A stretch of DNA of 64,000 nucleotides from Octopus vulgaris (taxonomy: Eukaryota): NCBI GenBank assembly GCA_951406725.2, contig OX597820.1:37262001-37326000 (forward strand), in the 5' to 3' direction. Made by a program: the position numbers and the translations under genes. This document shows, piece by piece, positions 63,095-64,000 of this stretch. The notes under the pieces were generated by a model that did no database searches, had not been told where the DNA came from, and saw only the letters and a program-made list of their open reading frames with translations. Positions within the stretch are counted from its first letter, which is position 1, and each line of letters begins with the position of its first letter.

Positions 63095-64000
63095 TGTTAC
63101 ATAACTTGTGTTTACAATTAAGAACTAGGTTGCTCCATTCATTCAGGCTATCGCTGCATTGCATAATAGATAAGACTTCTGTGATGCAGAGATCACATTT
63201 GTTGTTATAGCTGTTATACGGTTTGGCAAGGTTAACGATGGACCATTTCATAAGCTATGAATGAGTCTAGATAAAGTCGTTTTAAGCTATAAATGAGTCT
63301 AGATAAAGTTCTTGCTTGAGATTTAAAGCTAAAATAGTGGTTACCAACTCTGACCTTGAAGGTGGTGCTGCATGTGTCAATATATACATATTTGGAATAT
63401 TCTGTTGATACCGTACATTTATATACAATATTTTTTGTGAGGCATCTAAGGGACAGGAGGTGGGGTGTTTACAGCTGCATAGGATTCTAGGTGCTAAAGT
63501 GGAGTTTGTGGGGCTATGATTATCTGTGATTAACCTGGTGTTATAAGCATTATCTTCTGTGGTCTTAGGGTTGGTATTAGGATTAGGACTGGTGGTGCAA
63601 GCAGTGGTGTTGGTAAGGAGGTTTAAGGATGTTCTAGGGTTACAGATAGGGGGCTGGGAATTAGGGTGTGTTGTATTAGTGTGATTAAAGTTAACTAATT
63701 GCTGGTTACTAAGTTTCTTATTGTTTAGATGTTGGATTATAACAGCAATGATTGTTGTGGGAGAGTAGGAAAATTTAACTGATTGGGGGGGTTGAAGATT
63801 TTTCAAAGAGAACTGGATTAGGGAAACGTTTTTCAAGTAGAGCAAAGAAAAGTTTAGGCAGTCTGGTCTGAACATTAAAGGCAAAGGGGTGTGTGGAACC
63901 AGATAACATTGTGTGTCTTGGTCCGTCTATTCTGTTTTAGGGGATTACCTGAGTATGCTTGGGGTATGGAGGTGTGCACTGGCATGGATTTCAATGGGCA
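63095..64000 (-). mobile_element. Penelope-like retroelement 3' ORF remnant (GIY-YIG endonuclease region)
   Basis: NVIWFHTP..VKFSYS..II.HLNNKKL..CSCKHPTSCPLD..KNIVYKCTV..YID..FKVRVGNH..WSIVNLAKPY..KCDLCITE..LNEWSNLVLNCKH, with frameshifts; runs off the window end. Confidence 0.85.

Overview
AT-rich eukaryotic DNA, most consistent with an octopus/cephalopod genome; this is inferred from the C2H2-ZNF cluster architecture and repeat families, not verified. The window holds four intact tandem C2H2 zinc-finger genes (8, 14, 17 and 11+1 fingers), each with the CDS in one exon and only a short N-terminal leader (no recognisable KRAB/ZAD/BTB/SCAN). At least three decayed paralogues lie between them. 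Three of the four genes share an alignable non-coding 5' module (donor, short intron, mini-exon), and each intact array is followed by decaying fingers after its stop codon. The remainder is a mosaic of RTE and CR1 LINE fragments, two tRNA-like SINE families, Tc1/mariner, hAT, piggyBac-like, Helitron-like and foldback elements, a gypsy remnant and Penelope-like (GIY-YIG) remnants. The most striking non-coding signal is an apparently intact type I hammerhead ribozyme (61302-61381) inside a ~496-bp terminally redundant unit fused to a Penelope fragment, a retrozyme/pseudo-LTR-like layout. Repeat boundaries were read by eye and are approximate.
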